Shown in pieces: positions 1-13,080 of a DNA stretch of 64,000 bases. The stretch comes from Octopus bimaculoides (taxonomy: Eukaryota). The position numbers and the translations under genes are program-made. The stretch lies in contig NC_068981.1 of NCBI RefSeq assembly GCF_001194135.2, positions 38,624,846 to 38,688,845 of the forward strand. The letters run 5' to 3'. The notes under the pieces were generated by a model. That model did not search any database. It saw only the letters and a list, made by a program, of their open reading frames with translations, and was not told the origin of the DNA. Numbering within the stretch: position 1 is the stretch's first letter; each line of letters starts with the position of its first letter.

Positions 1-599
1 TAGATAAATTTATTATGATTACTGAATACAGTCATATTTGCATCATTATCAACTAAACCTGTCACAGTGAAAAAAATTAATGCATCATAAAAATACAAAA
101 AGCATATTCAAAAGTGAACTTTAAACTTAACTGTCACAAGCCATAAAAGTAAAGCTGCTTTAAAGTCAATATTGTAGAAACAGCGCAATCATGCTTTTTT
201 TCTAGAAAAATCAATTTAATTTTGATAATGAAAACATTTAAATAAGTTTATTTTTAATTTTATTTTTCAGCTTGTACAGTGATGTACACATGGTTGTGTT
301 GGCTTAGAAGAGCAAACTAGTTATTGTTCACTACTAAAAGTAGAGATGCTCTTATATATATGCATGTATGTGTGTGTGTGTGTGTGTGTGTATAAACATG
401 TATTTATTAGTTTATAACATAATACAGTTATCACCCTTTCCATACTGTTATATATTAGTAAACATGCTATGCATATGCAGAGAAATTGAAGACAGTCTTG
501 TATGCAAAAGTGAAAGGAAACTACATAGCTAGTCAATGTTTATGTGTTCTGAATCTCACTCTAGCACAAAAGCAAAATACAAACTTCATTCTATACTGC

Positions 600-1745
600 A
601 GCTGCCTTATTTTTGAACTTGGAAGATCAAACGATTGAATGGATGAAAAAATGTCTCTAGATCTTGGAAATCACCAAATTTGGAGAATGCCTGGCCATTT
701 TTAAGACAAATGTTGGCTAGAGTCAGTGGTTTGTGGAGAGACATGAAGCGTCAGTTCATTGCCAAACTCACATAGTGCAAAAACTCTCTGAAGATATCAA
801 AAACAGGTTAGAGAAGTTTCAGTATTTCATTACTAAATGAGAGGAACCCATGGAGTATAATCTGCAAGAAACTGGAATAGCAGATCAGAAACTCCATCAT
901 CTTTAACATTCACATTATTATTGTCATTTAAACTCTCTGGGCAACAGATATTACTTACTTCACCATACCATCAGAATATGGCCATGCATTTTGCTTGGAA
1001 AAGAAAGCTAGCATTTAGTTTCCATAAATAATGTGAACAGCTAACTTTTAGGTTTAAAAATTTGGAAAATGAGCACTTTGTACTAAACATAGTATAAAGA
1101 TAAAAGAACGTTTTTTCCTTTTTCATATCCATTTGTAATTATCAAAAACGTTTTCCAAACATTAAATAAAGTAATATCTGAATAAAAATAAAGAGTAATT
1201 AAATGATTAGCCATCAGTTTGTTAGTTACTTAATTTCTAAGTTGTATTATTGGAAAACATTACATTCTAAACAAAACATTGAATCCATGAAAAGAAGAAA
1301 TAAAACTGATATTTCTAAGTATGGCTATATGTTCAATAAAACTAGAATTAATTTCATGAAAACAGTGAATGTTTAAAGGAAGCAACTTGACATCAAAAGC
1401 TTTCATTGATGCATTCATCAGAATTTTTTCCTCTGCATATGAACATGTGCAAAATGTTAATACACATTGGTAAAAAACCATATAAGAAACAGCTGGAAGT
1501 CAGAGTTCTTGAACGAATCTCATTTAATCCAGTGACCAGGGAGAAGGATTTACAAGATTAGGCCTTGATAGTATATGCTTCCTTGGTGCTACTCAAGAGG
1601 CATCAAGATGTTATCATTAAGTAGAAGGCCTGCTTGAAAATCATGCAAAAGACTGGATTCCACTATTCGCACATGAGAGCAAGTAATAGTTTTAAATCAG
1701 GTATTTAAGTAGACCTACCTTCTCCAAACCAAGCCTGACTACACT
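600..1745 (+). mobile_element. Highly degraded coding-like sequence, probably an old non-LTR retrotransposon (RTE-like) remnant in two pieces (about 600-900 and 1490-1745)
   Basis: Long frames broken by stops: SWKSPNLENAWPFLRQMLARVSGLWRDMKRQFIAKL, and RISFNPVT..GFTRLGL..IMQKTGFHYSH, which loosely resembles the RT domain 1-2 pattern RGISLLSVxGKxFxR...QxGF. Family assignment is weak. Confidence 0.3.
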
Positions 1746-4700
1746 GTATTACACAGATAAATATTTACACTTAGAAATATTTTATTGCAAATCTATCCAA
1801 GTTAAGCAAGCATGAAACTAAATTTTAAGTGTTCAAAACAATGGCAGATATATTAAAATATTTTCACAAGAAGGAAAATTTGAACTTGCATATTTCTTTG
1901 CATAAATAAAAGATGCAAACCATAACACAAGTCTGTCTAAATGTGTTCCATTAAATTTACTTGCTTTGAGGTTGGGTAATTTTCTTTCAAATAACATCAA
2001 TTTTATTGAATATTAGACCTGAAAACTACTTCAAAATGTAAATAAAAACAAGAATATACACTTTGATCCTTCAGTAAATTACAAGAGTTCCACATATCCT
2101 GGTAAGTTGATATTACTAAAAGAAATTATATTGTAGAATATTGATTTTAATAAGCCAGTATGCTCTGAATGTTTTTAGTGTGCCAGTAAAGATTTGTTCA
2201 GTTGTCATTCAGCTGATTGCTAGCAATTTCAAGAAACAAAATAACTTTTTCTTCAAGATTTCTATGAAAACGTTTTTGTACCCATTTAAATTATTTGAAA
2301 ATTTGTATGAAAAATATTGAATTCAACTTTTGCTTCCTTCCAAACTATGAAAAGAAAATTGGCATATAATTACAGTAAAAGTTTCTTACCACAACTGAAT
2401 TCAAATTCTTTTGAAGTTTACAGGAAATAGATTGAGTAACATTTTTCAAACAAATAAAAAAAAGTACAACTATATCAATTTGTGTATCCTTAAGTTGCTA
2501 GATAGACATTCCTATATTAAAAACTTTCTAAATTCCAAAATATTTACAATTCAACACTGTATTTCAAAATGTGCTTTTATTTTCTGATATTTTAGAATAT
2601 TTGACTTAAGGCCAAATTCTCTCATTGATGAAGTACAAGATACATTAAAATAAGAACAGTTGAAATTCATAACAATGCTAAAATAATGAAATAAAACATC
2701 ATATTAAAAGTTAGCAAAAGAAAAGCTCTAAAATGGGTCGAGTGCTGAGCTTGTGAATATCTGTTCACATGTTGCAGATGATGTTATTCTATATCTTGTA
2801 GCTAGCAGGTTTCATTATATTTTTTAAATGCATTTCTTATATGAGTAAGATGAGGAGAGGTAATCCTCATAATCGCTGTTGTTCTCTGAGATGCTTGATT
2901 TTTGTTACCTTTACCTCATAACAAGGTGTTGGTTTGTTTACGTTCTTGTAACTTGACACATAGGCAAAAAGAGCTGGTAGCTTAAGTACTGAGGTCAATT
3001 TATTTGGATAAACCCAGCCTGAACATTCACTGGTCACTGTAAGTAAGGAAAGAATGGGGAAGTTGAGAACTCTTGGTTTATGGTTTGAATTCTTGCAACA
3101 GGTTTAAGTTTGTTGATGGTAGCCAAGATCCAGGCTTACCATCCATGTTCTTGTAAGAGTGCATTTAATACTCAAGTAAATGTTTGCATAATATAACAAA
3201 ACATTGGTATTTATCATCAATTTATCATCTTTGATATACTGAAAATATCAATATTTAATGGGAGCTTGTCTTTCTTAGGACTGTGTCACCCTCTTCTGTA
3301 TCTCCATTGATTAAGATAAATTCCTGTAGAACTATAAAGAGAGAAGATTTTACTAAAGATGCAAGCCATTTTTAAAGTGTGTTGTTTGCAGGTAATGTAA
3401 AAGGAAACTATTCAGACCGGTTATTCTGTTCAATTAAAGCTTTAGTCTCAGTATGTACTTCAATAATTGTTATTCATGCATTGTTTTCTTTCATTGTTTC
3501 TCCAGTTGAAAGTTGATGCTATTTAGCAATATTTGTATTCATGATCATATGATGATGATTCGTTACAAAGTATCATAGAAAACTTTACAGGTAAAAAAAA
3601 AGATCCTAGATACAATTTGTAGAATAAAATGTTTGGGCTCAATTCTTTTGCTCACTTTTGTTGTTTACTTTCCTTACACTCTCTTATACTTTGTCCTCAT
3701 TCATTACAATTATTACAATTAATTTTCACGATGATGATAATGATTTACTATTTATTAATTTAAATTTTGATGTAAGTAGATAGTTTGACACAACTACATG
3801 TAAATGGGGGTGCCTTTAGCAGGCCTCATTATGTGAGATGTACTGGGCCTAGCACTCTCTCTGCACATTAATTTTTCCTACAGACATTGAATTGTTGGCA
3901 TTCTGGCAGGGCATTGACCACCTTAACTTCATCAGTTTGTGGACCCTACAAAGATAAATCTATGGCCAATAGGTTGGTGCAGATTAACAAATATTTTTAA
4001 TTCTTTTACTGATGTAAAACTTTACAGTTCAAATCAATCAAGAACGTTATCATATTTTATAAAACAGTTCTTCATTAGAAAGGCAATAATATCCATATCT
4101 TTTGCATACCATCTCAGATTGCTGAAATGTCAAATGTCTTTTTATTTTCTCTGTTATTTGTGTTATGTAACTGCTGGGAACTTCAACTGAGTAGCCCCAA
4201 ACATACAAAAGAACATTCAAACTAGTGAGCTACCATTTCCACCTGACTGTTGCCCTAAAATTCTAAACTGTTATGTGTTGCTGTTCAAGCAATTGCATAC
4301 AGTTTTTCTTATGTGCTTTCAATCTGCATATGACTGAACGTGTAACCTTCATATAGTATCATTTTCTTATAAAAGTTTGATATCCATCCTACTGAACCCT
4401 TTTCACTCTTTATTTTCATTTCTTGTTTTTGTATTCTTTGATATAATTCAGTTATATTTTCCATTAGTTTCTCTTTGAATGTTGCATTTGTTTTACTAAG
4501 AGTAATGAAAACAACAAAAAAAAAACTTGATAGCTGTTAACCAAACGTTATGGAATTGAATTAAGAATTAGAATCTAGTTTCACATAGTTTTAATTTTGC
4601 AGTTTACTAACATAGTCTGTATTGTATTTATTAGATAGTGCCATATGAGCATTGACCTTTGGGAAGGCTATATGTTTTGATCATTGCTTTTATGAATGAT

Positions 4701-6004
4701 TAAAAGTAACGGAAATTTATTGAGAAATTCTTTAAAATATTTAGAACTTTATTAAGAATTCTTATCCCTAGTCCTTTAAGCAGGTAGGGCAGCTGTAGTA
4801 CATTTGCTTTACACAAATATTTATTGCATATCTGAAAATAGATTTGACTGATTCAGCCAAATCATTTAATGAGTGGGAAGTATGTGATGTGTATGTGAAT
4901 AAGAGTGCTTACAGTTTTTAAATACTGCTTTTCAGCTGATAAAATCAAAGTAAAATCTAATGCAAGTGATTTTTTGTTAACACCTCATTGTGAATTACCA
5001 TAGTAATGTAAGCTCTCTGCATATCTGTTCTTTTGTTAACATTTTTATACATCTGCACAATCAGTGAGTAATCATTTTGAATCTGTGATATGTGTGTATA
5101 CGAATCAATTGTTTTCATTTGGTCCTGCATTTTGATGTTATAACTGGTTTCATTGAAGACTCGTTTACTTGATATCTTAATTGCCTTAATGAATTAAGCA
5201 AAGATCGTTACATTGTGTCAGTAACAACAAGGAAAGGATTTTCCAATTGAATCTGCTACAACAACGAAAAACTTAATTAAAACAATAAAACCCATTTGTA
5301 AATACACATCTCAAAGATTAGTCACTTACTTTAGAGAAATATAAAGTTTTAGTGTAAGATATAAATTGTCACAAAGTCTATTATTTACTGGTAATTACAC
5401 TGTGACATGTACAAAGGAGCTGTACATTTACACTACATGTTTCTTATTCAATCAACACTGGTTTTAGATATCTGCACAAAAGTATTCTATTAAAAATATT
5501 AACCACAATACTAATTCATCCAACACTAAATATAAAATCTAATTTCAATTATACATGTTTTTTTTATTATTCTCTATTTATGAGCTTAAAGTTCTTTGAT
5601 TTATGCTGGTTTTGGTAATTTCAATTTTTTATAAGTTTTCACATTGTAAGTATTTATTTAGTTCCCTAGGACAAATATAATTTTGATTGCCAGCCGAGTT
5701 ATATTGTCATAAGTTTTTGAATCAAGACTAACCTGATATTGATTGCTACTAACAACTGCTTATTCAAAAATCACTTTCATTAAGAAAAGAATTAACACTT
5801 CAGTACCACATTTATTTTATATTCAATAAAAAATATGCACAAAACTGATTAGGTTTAATTGTAGTCTGGAGTATTAAATAAAACTTGCTTTGACTGAGAA
5901 CCAAGACATGCTAATGTTCTTCTTTAACTGTCACAAAGCCTCTGATCTAAAGCGCATGGCTCATTACCATGCAGTATTGCATTTCAGATATAAATATCAT
6001 TCAA

Positions 6005-6260
6005 TATTTCATGGACTACTATGTGAGGGCTGTGGCTGGGGAAGACACTAACTACTCTGCCTACAAGATCAAGGCCAAATTGGTGGCCAAGACCAAGGAG
6101 GTGATTGAAGATTTTCCCAGCAACACAGTGAAGAATGCATGCATTAAGTTCTGGAGCTTTCCTGAGGCTGTGGTGGAACCTGAAGGCAACTACTTTGTTA
6201 AAACTGTTATCGCCCAGCCTCAATCTTGTAGATATCTTTTGATTTTATAAAATACATTTA
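6005..6260 (+). mobile_element. Tc1/mariner superfamily (maT/DD37D-like) transposase C-terminal remnant
   Basis: ORF 5969-6250 contains MDYYVRAVAGEDTNYSAYKIKAKLVAKTKEVIEDFPSNTVKNACIKFWSFPEAVVEPEGNYF. This matches the (SPDLNP)LDYxVW...ACxxFRSRLEAVVEAEGxYF tail of Tc1/mariner transposases. Confidence 0.75.
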
Positions 6261-6688
6261 TTTAGGAATGAAATATTGTTTTTTGCCTTTTCCTTTTGTG
6301 CAAACTGTTAAATTTAGCCCAAATACCCAGTGCATCTAGTGAGCCTTCAGGTATTTGAAGGAATTTATTTCATATGTAGACTTTTATTTTAATCACTCTT
6401 AGCACATACAAAGTTCACTATTTCTGCTAGCTTGCTTGTGATTCTACTATAGCTCAAATGCATTCATAGTTTACATTACATACACTATTTTAAATTGCTA
6501 CCAAATACTTTTTTATACATTTGGCATTATTATTTCTCTGAGGATAGCATGGTCTTGTCTTTTCTCGTATTAAAACTTTAGTCTTTACTCACTGATGGAA
6601 AAAATTCACTAGTAATTTAATAATCCTAACAGGAACATTTATTTAAAGAAAATATTTTGTGAGAATATGTACAAAATACTTAACTTAC

Positions 6689-6732
6689 AGATTCATCACA
6701 TCTAAATCATTATGGACAATGCAGGGACAAAC
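6689..6732 (-). CDS. Candidate 44-nt internal exon of an unidentified host gene (VCPCIVHNDLDVMNL)
   Basis: Acceptor attccccttacag| and donor |gtaagt. Only one frame is open (phase 0 to 2). No partner exons confirmed. Confidence 0.35.
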
Positions 6733-7334
6733 CTGTAAGGGGAATATATCTGGCATTATCTAAATTCTCTTTAACTTGATTACTTAGCAATAATGAGCTA
6801 CAATGTATTCTTACAGAGAAATATTGATCTTCAAATTTTCAAGTTAACAACTGCTGAATCAATCATTTTTCTAAAAGCAGAAATTTAAAAGTGCTTATCA
6901 AGAAATATGATACAGTCTTTGATGCTACATAGCTTAATTTGAAAGAATTCAGTTTCAGTGTGATTGCATATAGATTCAATGAGAAAATGTTTGCATACAT
7001 GCATACATACACAACACACATATATATGTGTGTCTGTATGTGTGTACATGTTTGTATGCATGTATTTGTGTGTGTAAGTGTGTGTATGTATGTATACATG
7101 TATGTGTGTGTGCGTGTATGTGTATGTATGTATACTTACATATACACAATAGATGTAACTCATCTGTTTTTGTAAAGAAGACTATTTTTAAAAGTAAATT
7201 TTTCTCTCACAATAAAGATCTCAGTGTGCAAAAGAACGTTGGGAAACATGAAGAACAGGAGAGAAACTGTCTGGGTACAGAAATAGTTTCGAAATATATC
7301 TACAAGTAAACTGGATCTTGTAGTTTTACTAATA

Positions 7335-7608
7335 CTTGTTAGATGACGTATGAGAGTTTGACAATTTCTTACCGAACAGCCATACAGATGATTTGTTTAT
7401 AGTGATCAAACGTTTGTGTAGACATAAGCTCACTCCCTCCATCATACCAACATTACCTGTACAGGTGCCACATGTCAAAATGATTGCAGAGCAACATGGA
7501 ATTAAGTGCTTTGCTCAAGAACACAATGCAATGCCTGGTCTGGGAATCGAGCCCTTGATCTTGCAATTATGAGTGCAACACCTTAACCACTAAGCCATGC
7601 AACTCCAC
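7335..7608 (-). mobile_element. tRNA-derived SINE
   Basis: Minus strand reads GTGGAGTTGCATGGCTTAGTGGTTAAGG (A box), then GGCTCGATTCC (B box), then a TTGAGCAAAGCACTTAA CORE-like segment. Confidence 0.7.
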
Positions 7609-7989
7609 ACTAATATATATATATATANNNNNNNNNNNNNNNNNNNNNNNNNNNNNNNNNNNNNNNNNNNNNNNNNNNNNNNNNNNNNNNNNNNNNNNNN
7701 NNNNNNNNNNNNNNNNNNNNNNNNNNNNNNNNNNNNNNNNNNNNNNNNNNNNNNNNNNNNNNNNNNNNNNNNNNNNNNNNNNNNNNNNNNNNNNNNNNNN
7801 NNNNNNNNNNNNNNNNATATATATGTATATATATATAAAATCAAAATAAGCAACAAGGATTTTAAAGATGGTTGCAGTACGCACGTTTCATGCTACTCCA
7901 TTTATTTAAGTAATGTGAGCATTACATTAAATGCAATATGTAGAGCAATCTTCAACTGCACGAAAAGGCAGAAAATTACAGTAGAATAG

Positions 7990-8520
7990 ACATATTATAA
8001 TTGTGGCAACATTTCAAATCCAAGTGGGAGGAAGAATACATAAAAATTCATCTTGACATAGCCAAGTGCGATCTGTGTATTGAGGGAAATAGAAGTGGTG
8101 ATTCAAGAGACTAGTGGAAAGGGGTGGGATGGGTTGTATTGTGAAGGGTGGCATAGCTGCTAGGTTTGACAAGAGATGTTATTAATTAGAGATGACAGAG
8201 GCAATAAAACTGAGAAAGGGAAGTCAGTACGATGAGAGAATGAGAGAATGGAGGAGTAGACATTAAAATGGAGGAAGGGATCTAGTTATAGATGCTGGCA
8301 GGGAGACAAAGGAGGAATTCAAAAAATAACGATTGAGTTGGTAGCAGGCGGAGAATACTGAAGTAGAAAGGTATGAGAGTAAATAGAAAGAGAGAAAGAG
8401 AAAGGGAGGGATAATTTGATAGCAATGGCAAGGGGTAGGCAGTGCTTAGTGATTCTGGTTGAGGAACAACCTAGGAGGAGGTGAGGAGGAATTTGAAGTA
8501 TGAGTTTAGGGGTGTCAGTA
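7990..8520 (-). mobile_element. Degraded CR1/L2-group LINE endonuclease remnant
   Basis: Minus-strand translation YSPPATNS...FLHFNVYSS..FSHRTD resembles the APE motifs YxPP and GDFNVH..TD; purine-rich plus strand. Confidence 0.4.
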
Positions 8521-8552
8521 AAGGAAAATATAGACATATATATATATATATA

Positions 8553-8925
8553 NNNNNNNNNNNNNNNNNNNNNNNNNNNNNNNNNNNNNNNNNNNNNNNN
8601 NNNNNNNNNNNNNNNNNNNNNNNNNNNNNNNNNNNNNNNNNNNNNNNNNNNNNNNNNNNNNNNNNNNNNNNNNNNNNNNNNNNNNNNNNNNNNNNNNNNN
8701 NNNNNNNNNNNNNNNNNNNNNNNNNNNNNNNNNNNNNNNNNNNNNNNNNNNNNNNNNNNNNNNNNNNNNNNNNNNNNNNNNNNNNNNNNNNNNNNNNNNN
8801 NNNNNNNNNNNNNNNNNNNNNNNNNNNNNNNNNNNNNNNNNNNNNNNNNNNNNNNNNNNNNNNNNNNNNNNNNNNNNNNNNNNNNNNNNNNNNNNNNNNN
8901 NNNNNNNNNNNNNNNNNNNNNNNNN
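8553..8925. other. Assembly gap (largest of seven; others at 7628-7816, 17248-17342, 28984-29006, 54054-54266, 60104-60223 and 63027-63036)
   Basis: Runs of N, mostly flanked by (TA)n. Confidence 0.99.
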
Positions 8926-11468
8926 TATATATATAGAGATAGATATATAGATAGATAGATAGATATGTATAAGTAGAAGGGATATGTTGCTAGTATGGCT
9001 AAGATGTAACTTAGGCGTGCCTCATAATTAGGGAATAACATAGACTTTACATAATGGGCAAAAGATGAGTAAAATTTTTGTTTACATGAAAGGAATACAT
9101 CTGAGAGTATATTAAGAAATGAGTTGTGGTATGTATGCATGTATTGACTGTGCTTCAACTGTGGTATTGAGTGAACAAAGGTGAAGTGGGAAGATTTGAA
9201 ATTTGGAAAACCCATTTCGTGAACGTACGGCTATGTGCCTACTCAGTGGGATCCATCTAGTACTAGTATCTCGTATTTGTTGACAATGAATAGTGTTCTT
9301 AATTAAAATTCCAGTAACTTCAAGGCAAAACTTCTCACTACAGTTTATCTGCATTTAGCATGTCTTACAGACACCCACTCCTACTTTCTTTATTACTTTA
9401 GTTTCCCTCTATCGTTGTGTTCTGTTATATGTAAGACTGTAATTAGAATATGTAATTACAATGAGTGATTTACTTTAGACTTTTCAGAAATCTTCATTGG
9501 CTTGTTATAAATTAGATTATCCCAATACTTTTCCTATTTTCAATGTACCAAAGAAATATATTGTTTTTTTGGTAGATTCCCAGAGTTGGCATGAATATCA
9601 TACCCTTTGCCAGCCTCCTCTGAAACTGATGCATGTATTGGATATCTGTGGGTCAATGTTTATAGAAAAAGCATTGATGGGGAGAGAATATTAGGGAAGA
9701 AGGAATAAACAAAATCTGCAGTGTCATCTGAGAATTAGGACATAATGTGAGTGAATATTAGTTGGACTTGTATGTAGGATATATGTGGCTAGCTATTTCA
9801 GATGAGCAGAGGACATTGTAGTATTAGTGAAAGAAAGAAGGTGTAACTGGAGTGTTTATGAACTAGCGATGGTACCAGGATGGTCACTGAATCATTATCA
9901 TTCATCATTCAATGTCATATTTATCTAATTCTTTGATCACTCATTGTGACAGTAAACTTTTAGTTTATGTTTTGTAGCATTTGGAATCTATGTGCAATAA
10001 ATAAACTTCTTTAGCATTATTTCTTGGAGTAAGATTTTTAGTGAGATATATGGGATTGAAATAAAATTTTCCAATAAACAATAAAGTAAGAATTAAATAA
10101 GAATTTCATTTAATTTATTTTTTAAAAATAAGTTTGTTTTTTTTACATTGGATTATAAGAAACCAAAGCTCAATTTAAAAAATTATTTTTAAGAAAAAGA
10201 TGCAAAAAATGAATTTAAATACTTAAAAAGATATGGCTGTTGTACTGAAAGAAATCCATATAACCAATGATAGTATAATAGGTAATTGTGTTCTTTTGGG
10301 AATTGACTTCAAGCTGTTGATTATTTCGGAGCTTTTCAACAGAAGATAAGTTACTGATATTATGCTCATAAGATAGATTCAGAATCATTTTCTCCAATAA
10401 TCATTGTCTTTTGAAATTTCTTTTCTGTTCAATTTTTTTTTTTTATTCTTTTGAATGATTTTATACATTTGCTATCTCATTTTATCTTGGTCATTAAAAA
10501 AACCTTTTGTTAGATATATCTGGCTTCAAAGATATAGATTGCAAATAACATAGTTGAAAATTTGAAAATATAAAAATTTCAACAAAATTTAAAATGTTGT
10601 TTGCCATAAGAGTTGTTCTGAAGTATTTGACTTGTTTTTATATCAGATGCCATAAGGTTTAACTGATGATAAGCTCTCTTTCATATTTGTATGTTTAAAA
10701 TCAAAGAGCTATTTTCAATGCATTTTCAACATCTGACTTTTTTTAAGTGACAAAAAAGTTTTTATAAAAATCGAGAGCATAAAACAGTTTCTATTCTTCA
10801 CGAGATGCATTTCTAAACACTGTAATGTTTCTTTCATAAATTATAAACAAAAGAATATTGGAACACTTCATCATATCTACTTTCTCAAACTCTTACACCA
10901 TTATAAGTTACTGCTGTGTTTTGTGCGTGTGTGTGCTTTTCCTTGAATTCAACATCTGATGATGAAGCCGCAGACAAATAATGGTAGTAACTAACTTTCA
11001 ATGGTTAAATAAACAACTATTTTAATTAGCAAATATATAGAAAACAGATTTCTTGAATTTAATATGTTAAAGAATATGAATTGTACATTAAATCTGTTTA
11101 CAATATTAGAGAATAATATCTATGAAAATTGTTATCATTTTTCAATTTTTTTTCTAATAATTGAACTCTCAAAGATTCTATAGAATCTTAAAACATTTCA
11201 TGCTTGATGTTACAACATGAAGCATGAAATGTTCTAACAGATATATTTATCATTAGCTTTCAAAAGATAAAAATGAGTTTCTAAAAAAAAATCTCTTTTT
11301 ATACTCAAATAGAATGATTTTTGTTTCCAATAACAAAATTTCTTTATCAGTGTGGTTCAATATTTATGAGATTAATATGCGTGAATACGAACCATGTTGT
11401 CATATGTTCAGATTTTACAACAACCATTGAGCTGTATCCCTTCGAAGCATTCATTACTCTACTTGCTT

Positions 11469-11477
11469 AGCCAATCA
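11469..11477. promoter_or_regulatory. Consensus CCAAT (NF-Y) box AGCCAATCA in a locally CpG-retaining patch
   Basis: Exact RRCCAATSR match, with five CpGs between about 11379 and 11512 in otherwise CpG-poor DNA. Confidence 0.25.
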
Positions 11478-12280
11478 AGCGGAAAAAAAAGTAAAAAATT
11501 TTCCATCCTCGACAACACCACCACCACCACCACCACTTCATGGTTTAATAATTTGTATTAGGATGTATATTTATGTTTACCCAACAATTCAAATATAAAT
11601 CATCTAATTGCAGAACCATCCATCTTATCATATAACTTAGTAAATAGGTGTAAAATTATTTTAGAACAGTCTTATACACTTTTCAAACCTGACTTGTCTG
11701 TTGAACAATTCTATCTTATATATTACTTTCAAAAGAACAAGTAATTGAATGCTATACTATCTATATGATCACACCTTTTTTTTTTTTTTTTCATATATCA
11801 TTTTACCAACAGGAAATAAAAGTGAATGAAATAACTATAATGTCTTATAAGCTGAAACCATAATCTTCAAATATCAGAATAAAAATGGAATAAATTAATT
11901 GGCTTCTTTAAACGCTATATGAATGTAAGTAGAAATCAAGAGCATATATGTCATTCCTCATATTAACTAAACTTAGCAATATTTGAAAAAAAAACTCTAT
12001 AAGTTTAGAGAGAATGGTAGAAATTCTTCCCAGAACAGACAGAAAAATTTTGAAATCAACAAAAATATCTAAAGCTTTCTCAACTCTGTAATACGAAATT
12101 AAAATAGAATAACTTACTAGATTCAATCTAAAACTCACGTTTCAGTACAGTGTTAAGGTAGTAAATACATAATTGACTCTTTTGAGAATAGATATAGGAA
12201 TTTTAAAAGGAAAACAAATTTTCTAGACATATAAATAAAATTAAAAGAAATACCAAGCTGTCTTATATTAAAAATCGGAA

Positions 12281-12338
12281 TGAAATATGTCATACATAAG
12301 AGTGAAATATGTCATATATAGAAGTGAAATATATCATA
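12281..12338. repeat. 22-bp tandem repeat, about 2.6 copies (TGAAATATGTCATACATAAGAG)
   Basis: Read directly from the sequence. Confidence 0.85.
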
Positions 12339-12699
12339 TTTTCAAAATTGGTATTACATGTTGGGTAAAACAATTAAAGAAAGCAACTAATTAGGAATTT
12401 AAAAAAAAACGTATTACTATAAGGAGAATATACTCACTTTAAATATTTGTTTCTTGTGAGTAGATACAAGACCAATTTTTGTTGAAGGATTGTAGCTGAT
12501 TAAAAGAACTTCCATAATTGCATGGCATATTACTTTTGGCCCAAGTAAAAATGTAAAATCAGAATTTAATACAATTAGTCTTTGATTTAATTTTTCTTCT
12601 ATTCCACTTTTTACTTTAATATAATATAGTACCACATAGCATTCTTGAATGATCACAAACATTTAATTTAACATCAGTTTGAAGCATTACTTAATACTT

Positions 12700-13080
12700 T
12701 TTAGCAGACTAGATGTTTGCTGCTGTCTTCTACTATAGCACTGGGCCAACCAAAATCTTGTGAGTGGATTTGGTTGACAGAAACTGAAAGAAGCCCATTG
12801 TGTGTATATAATATAATATATACATAGATATATTAAGTGTCTGTGTCTGTGTGTATCTCTGTGTGTCTTTCTGTTTGTTTTTGTTCCCCTCCCCAACACT
12901 ACTTGACAACCAGTGTTGGTATGTTTAAGTCCTCATGACATAGTGGTTAGGCTAAAGAGATTGATAGATAAGTACGAAGTTTAGAAATAGTTTGTACTGG
13001 GGTCAATTTATTCTCCTAAAATTCTTTAAGGTAGTGCCCTCGCATGACCAGGGTCTAATGACTGAAACAAGTAAAAGCTA
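12700..13080 (+). mobile_element. Abundant SINE family copy with an internal (TG)n/(TA)n segment
   Basis: Shares GTCTTCTACTATAGC..GGGCCAACCAAA..TTGTGAGTGGATTTGGT and CTTGACAACC blocks with 16863-17174 and 56235-56447. Confidence 0.75.

Noticed and set aside
1385-1425. Minus-strand CTGATGA..ATGCATCAAT..GAAAGCTT hammerhead-like string
   Set aside because: Stem II is only 2 bp and there is no convincing stem I; expected by chance.
3506-3590. Strong acceptor/donor pair on the plus strand
   Set aside because: All three frames contain stops; it could only be a UTR or lncRNA exon, which cannot be supported from sequence alone.
3877-3975. Faint resemblance to the reverse complement of 5S rRNA
   Set aside because: The similarity is patchy with large indels and not distinguishable from chance by eye.
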